This document shows, piece by piece, positions 1 to 10,900 of a stretch of DNA of 64,000 bases. Position 1 is the first letter of the stretch, and each line of letters opens with the position of its first letter. Below the pieces are notes generated by a model that was not told the origin of the DNA, ran no database searches, and was given only the letters and a program-made list of their open reading frames with translations. The stretch is from an uncultured Gemmataceae bacterium. Lineage in GTDB: Bacteria > Planctomycetota > Planctomycetia > Gemmatales > Gemmataceae. A program made the translations under genes and the position numbers. The stretch spans positions 2,240,001 through 2,304,000 of the forward strand of contig CAVVPN010000003.1 of NCBI GenBank assembly GCA_963750165.1. The letters are read 5' to 3'.

Positions 1-20
1 GTTTCCACCGGAGGCCCGTC

Positions 21-913
21 ATGGCCGTCGCGCCGGCCCTGGTCATCGGTTTGGGCGAAGTGCTCTGGGACCTGCTGCCGGGCGGCAAGCAGCTCGGCGG
101 CGCCCCGTTCAATTTCGCCTTCCACTGCCAGCAACTCGGCCACGCCAGCGCCGTCGTCAGCCGCGTCGGCCGCGACGCCCTCGGCGATGCGCTCCGCGCC
201 GCCGTGCGCCAGTCCGGACTGAGCGACGCTTACCTTCAAACCGACGACACGCACCCCACCGGCACCGTCACCGTTGCCGTGGACGCGCACGGCCAGCCGC
301 GCTACACCATCACGCCGGACGTGGCCTACGATTCCCTCGCCTGGGACGATGCGCTGGAACCGCTGTTCGGCGCGGCGCGGGCGGTGTGTTTTGGCAGTCT
401 GGCGCAGCGAAACGCCGCCGCGCGATTGACCATTCAACGGGCGCTGGCCCAGGCAGCCTCCGGGGTAGCCATTCGGATTTTTGACATCAATTTACGGCAA
501 AACTTCTACAACCGCGACATCCTTCAGCAGTCCCTGAACCTCAGCGACTGGGTCAAACTCAACGACGAGGAACTGCCGATCCTGCGCGACCTGTTCGGCC
601 TGCACGGTGACGGCCACGTCGCGCTGCTGACCGACCTGCGGAGTCGCTTCAAGAGTCGGCTGGCGGCGCTGACGCGCGGCGCCCACGGCTGTCTGGTGCA
701 GACCGACCGCGAACTGATCGACCTGCCGGGCGAGCCGGTGACGGTGGTCGACACCGTCGGCGCCGGCGACGCCTTCACCGCGGGGCTGCTGCGCGCACGC
801 TCGAAGGCGCAGCCCTGGCCGACGCGGTGCGGTTCGCCAACCACCTGGCGGCGCGCGTCGCCGCGTCTGCCGGGGCAACGCCGCGCATCGACCGCGCGGC
901 GCTCGTGGGTTAG
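21..913 (+). CDS. PfkB-family carbohydrate kinase (fructokinase-like); frameshift near 790
   Basis: GEVLWD, GGAPFNFA, FDINLR, VKLNDEEL and VDTVGAGDAFTAG motifs. The C-terminus (RTLEGAALADAVRFANHLAARVAASAGATP) continues in another frame to TAG at 911-913. Confidence 0.9.
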
Positions 914-1008
914 ATGTGGCCGGAGGATTTTACTTGTCGTCCGGCGGCCCTGCTGTCATTCTGAACTCGTCGCCCGCCAGCCGCCCGCACCCCAACCGAG
1001 AACCATCC

Positions 1009-2601
1009 ATGCCTCTGCGCGTCACCTGCGATTGCGGCAAGCGCCTGCAAGTGAAGGACAACCTGGCCGGCAAGCGCATCCGCTGCCCAGAGTGCCAGGA
1101 GCTGCTGACCGTGCCCGCGGCCGAGGAACCGGAGGAAGAGGAACTGGACGAGGAGCCGGCGCCGAAGAAAAAGGCCCCGGCCAAGGTCACCGCCCGGGCG
1201 CCCGCGAAGCCGGCGCGGCGGCCCGAGCCGGAAGATGACGAGGAAGAAGAGGACGAGCGGCCGCGCGGCAAAAGCAAGGGGAAGAAGGGCAAGAAGGCCA
1301 CGCAGTCCTCTTCCAACCTCGTGCTGCTGCTGGGCATCGGCGGCGCCATTCTGGTGCTGGCGGGCGGCGCCGTGGCGGTGCTGCTCATCATGAACAAACC
1401 GGGCGACCCGAAAAAGCCCGCGCCCCAGGCGGCCAACACCGACGGCAAGCCGGACGACAGGGGCAAGGGCACGCGGGACAGCGGCAAGACGGACGGCAAG
1501 GGCAACCCGGACGGCAAGCGGCCTGTGAACGGCGGCCCGGAAGTGGCCATCGAACTGTTCGATCCGAAAACTCGGTACGACGAACAAAAATTCCAGGGCC
1601 GCGATGTTCCGGTCGCCGAGGTCAAGGTCAAGTATCGGTTCACCAAGGGGACGCCGCAGCCGGGCAAGTGGTATCTCTTTCTGGTGGAGATGGGCTCTGC
1701 GGCCGGCTTCATCGCGATGTTGCCGGGGGAAAAGCTCGAGGCGGAAGGAGAGGTGACGAAAGCCATTGTCATCCCGAAGATGGACCGGATCAGCCCGACC
1801 TTCAAGTTCTTTGTGCAGCAGGGGAACGGCAAAACCGGGCCGTTTCGCACGATTTCCCAGGAGGTGGAGTGCCCGTTCCAGATCGGCGGCGGCTGGCAAG
1901 GCCCGAAGACGAGCCCGTCCGGTGGCACCAGGACGGATGCCCCCGTCGTCAGCGCCGCGGCGCTGGCGAAGGAATTCCTGGCGGACAAGCAGGCGTTCGC
2001 AAAGAAGTACAACGACAAGACCGTGGACATCACCGGGACCGTGTACGGCTTCGATTTCGGCGAAGCACCTTCGTTGGGGTTGATGGGCGTCGAGGACGCC
2101 AACCAGAATCGCACCCTGGTGGACTGCCACTTTTCGGCCCAGCAGGAAAAGCAGGTGGCCAACCTGACGGCGGGGCAGACCGTGAAGGTCCGCGGCAAGT
2201 TTACGAACATCGGGGCCCTGGAATTTGACGGCTGCCAACTGCTGGAAACCGGCCCGGATCCCGCCCTGACGGTTTCGGTCGCGAAGCTCCTGCAGGAGTT
2301 TGCCGCCGACGCCGCCGCGGTGGACAAGAAGTACCATCGCAAGCAGCTGCTCGTGGAGGGGGTGGTCATTGCCGTCCAGCCCGTGGAGGGCAGCGGCTAC
2401 CGCTTCAAGCTCGCGGGCGCCAGCGGACAGGGCAAAGCGGCGTGGGTCGAAGTGGAAGTCTCGAACAACTTCAGCGAGCGCCAGAAAAAGCGGTACGCGG
2501 CCGTGGCCGTCGGCGACACCGTGCGCGTCCGCGGCGAGGCCAGCGTCCAGCCGACGAACCATCGCATTTTCGTCACCGCCCCCGTCTTGCTGAAGAAGTG
2601 A
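1009..2601 (+). CDS. Zinc-ribbon / single-TM protein with two C-terminal OB-fold (tRNA_anti-like) domains
   Basis: CDCG...CPEC at the N-terminus, charged linker, hydrophobic LVLLLGIGGAILVLAGGAVAVLLI, then two repeats of VSAxxLxxEFxAD...KKY.xK.(V/L).(I/V).G.V. Confidence 0.7.
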   Translation: MPLRVTCDCGKRLQVKDNLAGKRIRCPECQELLTVPAAEEPEEEELDEEPAPKKKAPAKVTARAPAKPARRPEPEDDEEEEDERPRGKSKGKKGKKATQSSSNLVLLLGIGGAILVLAGGAVAVLLIMNKPGDPKKPAPQAANTDGKPDDRGKGTRDSGKTDGKGNPDGKRPVNGGPEVAIELFDPKTRYDEQKFQGRDVPVAEVKVKYRFTKGTPQPGKWYLFLVEMGSAAGFIAMLPGEKLEAEGEVTKAIVIPKMDRISPTFKFFVQQGNGKTGPFRTISQEVECPFQIGGGWQGPKTSPSGGTRTDAPVVSAAALAKEFLADKQAFAKKYNDKTVDITGTVYGFDFGEAPSLGLMGVEDANQNRTLVDCHFSAQQEKQVANLTAGQTVKVRGKFTNIGALEFDGCQLLETGPDPALTVSVAKLLQEFAADAAAVDKKYHRKQLLVEGVVIAVQPVEGSGYRFKLAGASGQGKAAWVEVEVSNNFSERQKKRYAAVAVGDTVRVRGEASVQPTNHRIFVTAPVLLKK

Positions 2602-2649
2602 CGACCAACGAAAGCGCTTCGATTGTCGTTCCCGGACGGACTTTTCCGT

Positions 2650-2699
2650 TTGACAAAGCCTTCCGGCCGAGTAGGATTGAATAGAACTGACTGGTCAGT
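2650..2699 (+). promoter_or_regulatory. Sigma70-like promoter (TTGACA-N16-TAGGAT) followed by palindrome ACTGAC-TG-GTCAGT (candidate TetR-type operator)
   Basis: TTGACA 2650-2655, TAGGAT 2672-2677, inverted repeat 2686-2699, directly upstream of the RND operon. Confidence 0.6.
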
Positions 2700-2762
2700 C
2701 CGCAACCCGCCTTGCCCGCCGCCACGGCATCCCGCCGTGCTCGCCTCGACGCAGGAGACATC

Positions 2763-4073
2763 ATGATGACCGCGGCTCGCGCTCCGCAACCGCCGATTCA
2801 ACCTCGTTCCGAAGCACGTCGCCCCTGGCGGCGCAGCCGGCTGCCGTTGAGCGCCCTGGCGCTGGCGGCGGCTCTGGCTGGCGGCTGCGGCCACGGCCAT
2901 GGCGCCAACAAGACCAGCAAGCCGGCCGAGGTCATCGTCACGCAGCCGGTCACCGCCGAGCTGGTGGACTACCAGGACTTCACCGGCCGCCTGAGCGCCG
3001 TCAAGAGCGTCGATATGACGGCCCGCGTCAGCGGCTACCTGGAGTGGATTCACTTCAACGAAGGCGACGTGGTCCAGAAGGGGGCCAAACTCTTCAGCAT
3101 CGACCCGCGCACCTATCAGGCCAAGTACGACAAGGCGGTGGCCGACCTGGCGCGCTCCAGAGCCACCAAGAAGGCCGCCGATTACGAGGCCGTCCGCCAG
3201 CGTGACCTGATGAACAAGAGGGCTGGCGCCAAGACCGACCTCGACCTGGCCGTCGGCAAAGCCGAGGAGGCCGCGGCCTTCGTCAAGTATTGCGAAAGTG
3301 CGGTGGCGGACGTCAAGATCGACCTCGACTACACCCTGGTCACCGCGCCGATCACTGGCCGCATCAGCAAGTATTACATCACCGAGGGCAACCTGGTGAT
3401 GGCCGACAAGACGCTGCTCACGACCATCGTCAGCGAGGATCCGATCTACGTCAACTTCGACGTGGACGAGCGGACGCTGCTGAACCTGCTGGGGCCGACC
3501 TATCGCAAGGTGGGGCGGCTGCCGGACGTGCGTTTCCCGGTGCTCATCCGCCTGGCCAACGAGGATGAGTTCCGTTTCGACCCCAAGCACGCGGGGGTGG
3601 TGAACTTCATTGATAACCAGGTGACCGCCACCTCGGGCACCATCCGCATGCGCGGCGTCTTCCATAACCCGGACGGCCAGCTCAAGGCGGGCCTGTTCGC
3701 GCGCGTCCGCCTGCCGATTGGCGACGTGAAGAAGGCCATCCTGATCCCCGACGAGGCGCTGATGAGCGACCAGGGTCGCAAATACGTTTTCGTGGTCAAC
3801 AACAAGAACGAGGTCATTTATCGCAAGGTGCGGCCCGGCCAGCAGGTCGGCCTGCTGCGGGAGATTCTGCCGCCGGACCCGAAACAGGAGGGCAAGGAAG
3901 GCATCAAGGAGGGCGAGCGCATCATTGTGCAGGGTCAGCAGCGGGTGCGGCCGGGCGCGGCGGTCACCGTCAAGACGCAGCCGCCGCCGCAGGCGCCGCT
4001 GTCGCCGCTGGTGCGGTTGCTGACGACCACCCAGCAAGCGGCCGCGAAGCAGAAGCTGATTGACGCGGAGTGA
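2763..4073 (+). CDS. RND efflux periplasmic adaptor (membrane fusion protein), probable lipoprotein
   Basis: RBS GGAG before ATG; LAGGC lipobox-like; ARVSGYL, EGDVVQKG, APITGRIS, FIDNQV..SGTIRMRGVF.NPD. Confidence 0.93.
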   Translation: MMTAARAPQPPIQPRSEARRPWRRSRLPLSALALAAALAGGCGHGHGANKTSKPAEVIVTQPVTAELVDYQDFTGRLSAVKSVDMTARVSGYLEWIHFNEGDVVQKGAKLFSIDPRTYQAKYDKAVADLARSRATKKAADYEAVRQRDLMNKRAGAKTDLDLAVGKAEEAAAFVKYCESAVADVKIDLDYTLVTAPITGRISKYYITEGNLVMADKTLLTTIVSEDPIYVNFDVDERTLLNLLGPTYRKVGRLPDVRFPVLIRLANEDEFRFDPKHAGVVNFIDNQVTATSGTIRMRGVFHNPDGQLKAGLFARVRLPIGDVKKAILIPDEALMSDQGRKYVFVVNNKNEVIYRKVRPGQQVGLLREILPPDPKQEGKEGIKEGERIIVQGQQRVRPGAAVTVKTQPPPQAPLSPLVRLLTTTQQAAAKQKLIDAE

Positions 4074-4170
4074 GTGTGGGGCAAACATTCCTGTCTGCCT
4101 CCCCTGCTGTGGCCCCCAAGTTGTGGCCCGGTCTCCCGACCGGGCCACGGGCCTGATTGACGCGGAGTGA
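4056..4170. repeat. 18-bp direct repeat CTGATTGACGCGGAGTGA flanking 79 bp that contain two REP-like palindromic units
   Basis: Copies at 4056-4073 and 4153-4170. Inside: GTGGGGCAAACATTCCTGTCTGCC (4076-4099) and hairpin GTGGCCCGGTC-TCCC-GACCGGGCCAC (4123-4148). Confidence 0.85.
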
Positions 4171-4203
4171 AAAGGCGAACCGCGAGGCACCCGGGGACCG
4201 ACC

Positions 4204-7200
4204 GTGTTTTCGCACTTCTTCATCGAACGGCCGATCTTCGCGTCGGTGCTGTCGATCGTTATCTCGCTGGCCGGCGTCGTGGCGCTCATCCACCTGCCGG
4301 TCGCGCTGTACCCGCAGATCACACCGCCGAGCATCATCGTCTCCTGCACCTATCCCGGGGCCAACGCCAAGGTGGTCGCCGAGTCCATTGCCGCGCCCAT
4401 CGAGCAGCAGGTGAACGGCGTCGAGGGCATGATGTACATGTCCTCGCAGTCGGCCAACGATGGCTCCTACAGCCTGACGGTCACCTTCAAGCCGGGCATC
4501 AACCTGAATTTCGCCCAGGTGCTGGTGCAGAACCGCGTCAACCTGGCGATGCCGCTGCTGCCCGATGTGGTCAAACAGGCCGGCGTCACCACACGCAAGC
4601 GCAACCCGGACATCTTGCAGATCGTCAGTATTTACTCGCCCTCGGGCCGCTACGGCCGGCTGTTCGTCAGCAATTACGCCACGCTGCGCATCAAGGACGA
4701 GATTGCCCGCGTCGATGGCGTCGGCGACACGTTCCTCTTTGGCAGCCTCGACTACAGCATGAGAATCTGGGTGGACCCGGAGAAGCTGGCGGCGAAGGGC
4801 CTGACCGCGCAGGACGTGGTGGACGCCGTGCGCGAGCAGAACATGCAGGTCGCCGCGGGCCACGTCGGTCAACCGCCCACCGCCCAGGGCCAGCCGTTCG
4901 AGTTCACCATCACCACGCTCGGCCGTCTGTCGGAGCCGGAGGAGTTCGAGAACATCATCCTCCGCAGCGATGGCGAGGGCCGCAGCATTCGCATCAAGGA
5001 CATCGGCCAGGTATTGCTCGAGGGCCGCAACCAGGACGTGTCGTACAAGATCAACGGCAGCCCCTGCGTCGGCCTGGTCGTCTACCAGCTGCCCTATGCC
5101 AACTCCATCGAGGTGGCCGCGCGCGTCCGCGCCCGCATGGAGCATCTGAAGAAGCGGTTTCCCGATGACATCGATTACGTGATCGGCTACGACAACTCGC
5201 CGTTCATCGAGGAGTCGATCCATGAGGTGTTTCGCACGCTGATCGAGGCGATCATCCTGGTGGCGATCGTGGTGCTGGTGTTCCTGCAGAGCTGGCGCTC
5301 GACGCTGATTCCGCTGGCGGCGGTGCCGGTGGCTGTCCTCGGCACCTTCGCGGTCATGATCGCCGCCGGCTTCTCGCTGAACAACCTGACGCTGTTCGGC
5401 CTGGTGCTGGCGATTGGTATCGTGGTGGACGACGCCATCGTGGTGGTGGAGGCAATCGAACGGCACATCGAACACGGCATGGCGCCGCGGGCCGCCGCTC
5501 ACCAGGCGATGGCGGAGGTGTCCGGGCCGGTCATCGCGGTGGCGCTGGTGTTGTCGGCGGTGTTCGTGCCGTGCGCGTTCATCAGCGGCATCACGGGGCA
5601 GTTCTTCCGTCAATTCGCGCTGACCATCGCCGTTTCGACCGTCATCTCCGCGTTCAACTCGCTGACGCTGAGCCCGGCGCTGGCCGCCCTGTTGCTCAGG
5701 CCGCGCGTCAAGGGCAGGTTCGAGTCGCTGCCGCGCATCGCTTTCGTGGGCGTCCTGGGGTGGGCCGGCTTCCGCTTCCTGGGCCCGGTGCTGCAGCGGT
5801 TCGCCGGCGCGGTGTTCGACCCGGCCCCCCTGCTGGCGGCGGAGTGGGCCGCGTCCGTAACGCCGGCGGCGGTCACCGGGGTGCTGATCGGGGTGGCGCT
5901 CGGCTGGGTGCTCGGCAACGGCTTGCAGGTGATCCTGGGCTGGTTCTTCTGGCTGTTCAACTGGGGCTTCAACCGCACCACCGACGGTTACGCGCGGCTG
6001 GTCGGCCTGGGGCTGCGCGGCAGCGTGCTGGTGCTGCTGGTCTACGGCGGCCTGATCGGGCTGACCGGCTGGCTCGGGACGCAACTGCCGACCGGCTACA
6101 TCCCCAACCAGGACCAGGCCAAGATTTACATAGCCTTGCAGATGCCCGACGCCGCCGCGCTGGAGCGCACCGAGAAGGTGATGGACAAGATTTCCAAAAT
6201 CGTTCAGGAAGAGCCAGGGGTCGCCTACGCGACGGCAGTGTCCGGCCAGTCGTTCACGCTGGGGGCCAACGGCTCGAACTTCGGCAACATGTTCGTCAGT
6301 CTGGCGGATTTCAAGGACCGTCGCGATCCGAACCTGTCGAGCGACGCCATCGCCGCCCGGCTGCGGAAGCGGTTGGAGACGGAAATCCTTGAGGGCACGG
6401 TGGCGGTGTTCGGGCCGCCGCCGGTGCAGGGCCTGGGCTCGTCCGGCGGCTTCAAGATTCTCGTCGAGGATCGCAGCGACAGCGGCTTGAGGGAACTGCA
6501 GCGGCAGGCCGAGGGGCTGGTCGAATCCATCAAGCCGAACCAAAAGAAGCCGGAGACGCTGGCGCCGGACGCGCCGCAGCAGAAGGTCGCGAAGCTGTTC
6601 ACGGTCTTCCGGGCCAACACGCCGCAGCTGCACGTGGACCTCAACCGCGACCAGTGCCAGACGATGGGCGTCAATCCGCGCGACGTGTTCAGCACGCTGC
6701 AGACGTACCTGGGCTCGCTGTACGTCAACGACTTCAACCGCTTCGGCCGCACCTGGCAGGTGATCGTCCAGGCGCGCGGCGAGTTCCGCAACAACCCCGA
6801 CAAGGTGAAGTTGCTGCAGGTGCGCAACAACAAGAACGAGATGGTGCCGCTGGGCGCCGTCATGGAGGTGCGCGAAGTCGGCGGCCCGATCCTCGTGTCG
6901 CGCTACAACATGTACCCCGCCGCCGTGGTGGTCGGCGCGACCAGGCCCGGCGTCAGCACCGGCGAGGGCATCGAAGCGATGGAGCGGCTGTGTCACGACC
7001 ACCTGCCCGGCACGTTTGGCTTCGAGTGGACCGAGATCAATTATTTGCAGATCGACGCCGCCCACAACATCTGGAACAACCTGATCATTCCGCTGTCGGT
7101 GGTGTTCGTGTTCCTGGTGCTGGCGGCCCAGTACGAAAGCTGGGCGCTGCCGTTGGCGGTGATCCTGGTGGTGCCGATGTGCATTCTCGGTTCGCTGATC

Positions 7201-7740
7201 GGCGTCAGTCTCGCGAAGTCGGACATCAACATCTTTACCCAGATCGGCTTCGTGGTGCTGATCGGCCTGGCGAGCAAGAACGCGATTTTGATCGTCGAGT
7301 TCGCCAAGCACAAGCACGAGGAAGGCGGGCTGTCGCGGCGCGAGGCGACGCTGGAAGCGTGCCGGCTGCGGCTGCGGCCGATCCTGATGACGAGCTTCGC
7401 GTTCATCCTTGGCACGGTGCCGCTGCTGACGTCCACCGGCGCCGGCGCGGAGATGCGGCGGACGCTGGGCACGGCGGTGTTCAGCGGCATGCTCGGCGTG
7501 ACACTGTTCGGCATCTTCCTGACGCCCGTGTTCTTCTACGTGATTGCGGGCTTTGTGGAGAGCCCGCTGTTCTCGTCGGCGCGGGCGCGGCAGGCCGGCC
7601 AGGTGGTGTACTTCACGCTGGGCGTGGCGACGCTGGGCCTGGTGTGGCTGCCGATGCTGGTGGCGCGCTGGCTGCGCCGGCCCTACACCGCGCCGCGCAC
7701 GGCGGCGGGAACTCACCTGAACGGCAGCAACGGCGCGTAG
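4204..7740 (+). CDS. RND efflux permease (HAE1/AcrB family)
   Basis: FFIERPIFA start, GIVVDDAIVVVE, KNAILIVEFA, RLRPILMTS. Confidence 0.95.
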   Translation: MFSHFFIERPIFASVLSIVISLAGVVALIHLPVALYPQITPPSIIVSCTYPGANAKVVAESIAAPIEQQVNGVEGMMYMSSQSANDGSYSLTVTFKPGINLNFAQVLVQNRVNLAMPLLPDVVKQAGVTTRKRNPDILQIVSIYSPSGRYGRLFVSNYATLRIKDEIARVDGVGDTFLFGSLDYSMRIWVDPEKLAAKGLTAQDVVDAVREQNMQVAAGHVGQPPTAQGQPFEFTITTLGRLSEPEEFENIILRSDGEGRSIRIKDIGQVLLEGRNQDVSYKINGSPCVGLVVYQLPYANSIEVAARVRARMEHLKKRFPDDIDYVIGYDNSPFIEESIHEVFRTLIEAIILVAIVVLVFLQSWRSTLIPLAAVPVAVLGTFAVMIAAGFSLNNLTLFGLVLAIGIVVDDAIVVVEAIERHIEHGMAPRAAAHQAMAEVSGPVIAVALVLSAVFVPCAFISGITGQFFRQFALTIAVSTVISAFNSLTLSPALAALLLRPRVKGRFESLPRIAFVGVLGWAGFRFLGPVLQRFAGAVFDPAPLLAAEWAASVTPAAVTGVLIGVALGWVLGNGLQVILGWFFWLFNWGFNRTTDGYARLVGLGLRGSVLVLLVYGGLIGLTGWLGTQLPTGYIPNQDQAKIYIALQMPDAAALERTEKVMDKISKIVQEEPGVAYATAVSGQSFTLGANGSNFGNMFVSLADFKDRRDPNLSSDAIAARLRKRLETEILEGTVAVFGPPPVQGLGSSGGFKILVEDRSDSGLRELQRQAEGLVESIKPNQKKPETLAPDAPQQKVAKLFTVFRANTPQLHVDLNRDQCQTMGVNPRDVFSTLQTYLGSLYVNDFNRFGRTWQVIVQARGEFRNNPDKVKLLQVRNNKNEMVPLGAVMEVREVGGPILVSRYNMYPAAVVVGATRPGVSTGEGIEAMERLCHDHLPGTFGFEWTEINYLQIDAAHNIWNNLIIPLSVVFVFLVLAAQYESWALPLAVILVVPMCILGSLIGVSLAKSDINIFTQIGFVVLIGLASKNAILIVEFAKHKHEEGGLSRREATLEACRLRLRPILMTSFAFILGTVPLLTSTGAGAEMRRTLGTAVFSGMLGVTLFGIFLTPVFFYVIAGFVESPLFSSARARQAGQVVYFTLGVATLGLVWLPMLVARWLRRPYTAPRTAAGTHLNGSNGA

Positions 7741-7834
7741 CGCGGCGCTGAACGGCCATGTGAAAGTCCTTGACGTCGGCGCCGCGCCGCTGAACGGCGC
7801 GTCCGAAACTCCACAGAAACACTCCTGAGTAAAT

Positions 7835-7870
7835 CCCGTCTTGTCTGCCGCAAGCGGCAGACAAGACGGG
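7835..7870. repeat. Intergenic hairpin between the two RND permeases
   Basis: CCCGTCTTGTCTGCCGC-AA-GCGGCAGACAAGACGGG. Confidence 0.75.
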
Positions 7871-7915
7871 GCTCACGCAAGGGGAATGGGCAACAGACCA
7901 GTGAGGCAGTAACCC

Positions 7916-10900
7916 GTGTTCTCCCGCTTCTTCATCGACCGCCCCATTTTCGCGTGGGTGATTTCCATCGTCATCACCCTGGCCGGCGGCGTGGCCCTGT
8001 TCGCGCTGCCGGTGGCGCAGTACCCGGACATCACGCCGCCGACCGTGGAGGTGTCCGCGGTCTATCCCGGCGCCAACGCCAGGGTCGTCGCCGACACCGT
8101 CGCCGCCCCGATTGAGCAGCAGGTCAACGGCGTCGAGGGCATGATGTACATGTCCTCGCAGTGTGCCAACGACGGCTCCTATACGCTGACGATCACCTTC
8201 AAACCGGGCTCAGACCTGAACATCGCCCAGGTGCTGGTGCAGAACCGTGTGTCGCTGGCCGAGCCGGTGCTGCCCGACCTGGTGAAGCGCCGCGGCATCT
8301 CCGTCAAGAAGAAGTCGCCCAACGTGCTCATGATCGTCAACCTGTTCTCGAAGGACGACAGCCAAACCAACCTGGAGCTGAGCAACTTCGCCACTATCCG
8401 CATCCGCGACGAGCTATCGCGCCTGGCGGGCGTCGGCGACATCACCTACCTCGGCCAGCGCGACTACAGCATGCGCGTCTGGCTCGACCCGCAAAAATTG
8501 GCGTCGTACAACCTCATCCCGCAGGACATCATCAAGGCGGTTGAGGCCCAGAACATCCAGGTGGCCGCCGGCCAGATCGGCCAGCCGCCCACGCCGCGCG
8601 GCCAGGTGTCGCAGTACATCATCACCATCGAGGGCCGCCTGGAGAACGTCGAGCAATTTTCCAACATCGTCGTCAAGAGCACCAATGGCTCGCTGGTGTA
8701 TCTCAAGGACGTGGCCGGCCTGGAACTGGGCGCCCAGTCCTACGACCAGACCTGCACGCTGGACACGAAGCCGTCGGTGGCGTTGTCGGTTTATCAGCTG
8801 CCCGGCTCCAACGCCCTGGAGGTCGCCCGCCGCGTCAAGGACCGCATGAAGCACCTGAAAAAAAGCTGGTCGCCCGGCGTCGATTACGCCATCGTCTACG
8901 ACACGACGCCGTTCATCCAGGAGTCCATTAACGAGGTCTTCCACACGCTGCGCGACGCGGTGATCCTCGTGGCCATCGTGGTGCTGTTCTTCCTGCAGGA
9001 CTGGCGGGCGATGATTCTGCCGATGATTGACGTACCTGTGTCACTGATCGGCACCTTCGCGGTCATGGCGGTGCTGGGCTTTTCGCTGAACAACCTGACG
9101 CTGTTCGGCCTGGTGCTGGCCATCGGCATCGTCGTTGATGACGCCATTGTCGTGCTGGAGAACATCGAGCGCCTGATTGCCACGGGGCTGGACACGCGCA
9201 ACGCCACCATCAAGGCAATGGAGGAAATCACCGGGCCGATCATCGCCATCACACTGGTGCTGTGTTCGGTGTTCCTGCCGAGCGTGTTCATCACCGGCAT
9301 CACCGGTCAGTTCTACCGCCAGTTCGCGCTGACGATTTCGGTGGCGATGATTATCTCGGCCATCAACGCGCTGACGCTGACGCCGAGCCGGGCGGTGGTG
9401 ATCTTCAAGCAGGAGGCGGGCCATCACGGCCACAAGCGCGAGGCGCTGCCGTGGTGGTTCTTCGGGCTCCTGGGCGGCCTCGGAACGCTGTGGCTGCTGC
9501 CGCCGCTGCTGGCCGAGCACCTGGGGATGCCCGAACTGGCGGCGCACGGCCACCGCCATTACGACAGTGACGCCCCGTGGTGGCTGGCGCACGTCGTGAA
9601 CGTCGCCACGTTCACGCCGGGCCTGTTGCTCGGTCTGGTGGTCGGCTGGCTGTGCATCCGGCCGGTGAATGCGGTGCTGGCGGTGGTTTTCCGCGCCTTC
9701 AACCGCTGCTTCGACGTGGTGACGGCGATCTACGGCCGGCTGGTGGGCCGGCTGCTGCGCGTGAGCGTGCTGGTGCTGGCGGCCTACGGCGGCCTGCTGT
9801 ACCTGACGTACACGGGCTTCACCACGACGCCGACCGGCTTCATCCCGGCGCAGGACAAGGGCTACCTGCTGGTCAACGTGCAGCTGCCGGACGCCGCCTC
9901 GGTGACGCGCACGCGCGCGGTGGTGGAGAAGATCGAAAAGATCGCCCTGGAGACGCCCGGGGTCAAGCACAGCGTTGCCATTTCGGGACAATCGATCCTG
10001 ATGGGCGCCAACGCCTCCAACTTCGGGTCGCTGTACCTGATGCTGGACGACTTCGAGGACCGCACCGGGCCGGAGCGGACCAGCGAGGCCATCACCGCGG
10101 CGCTGCAGGAGCGCATCCAGAAGGAGGTGCCGCGGGCGGTGGTGAACATCTTCGGGGCGCCGCCGGTGGAGGGCCTGGGCACGGCCGGCGGCTTCAAGAT
10201 TGTCGTGCTGGACACGGGCAACAACGGCCTGAAGACGCTGCAGGACACGGCCGACCGGGCGGTGGTCGCGGGCGAAAAGACCCCGCACCTGCAGGGGCTG
10301 TTCAGCAGCTTCCGCGCCGACACGCCGTGGCTGGAACTCATCATTGATCGTCCGCAGGCGAAGGATCGCGGCGTGTCGATTGACGACGTGCGGACCACCG
10401 TGGAGCAGACGTTCGGGCCGTACTACATCAACGATTTCAACCGCTTCGGCCGCACCTGGCAGGTGACAGTGCAGGCGCAGCACGAGTACCGCCAGACGGC
10501 GGAGGACCTGAAGCTGCTGGAGGTGCTCAACAACAAGGGCGAGCGGGTGCCGCTGGCGGCATTTGCGAAGGTGCGCTACGTGCCCGGCCCGGTGACGATC
10601 ATGCGCTACAACATGTACGAGGCCGCGGCGATCCACGCCGAGGCCGGGCCGGGCACCAGTTCCGGCCAGGCCATTGACGCCCTGGAGGCCGCCGCCAACG
10701 AGCAGTTGCCGCAGACCATGCGCGCCGAGTGGACCGAGCTGGGCTTCTTGCAGTTGCAGACCGGCAACACGGCGATCATTGTGTTCTTCCTGGCGGTGGT
10801 GCTGGTGTTCCTGGTGCTGGCGGCCCAGTACGAAAGCTGGTCGCTGCCGCTGGCCGTCATCCTCGTCGTGCCCATGTGCTTGCTGTGCGCCATCACCGGC

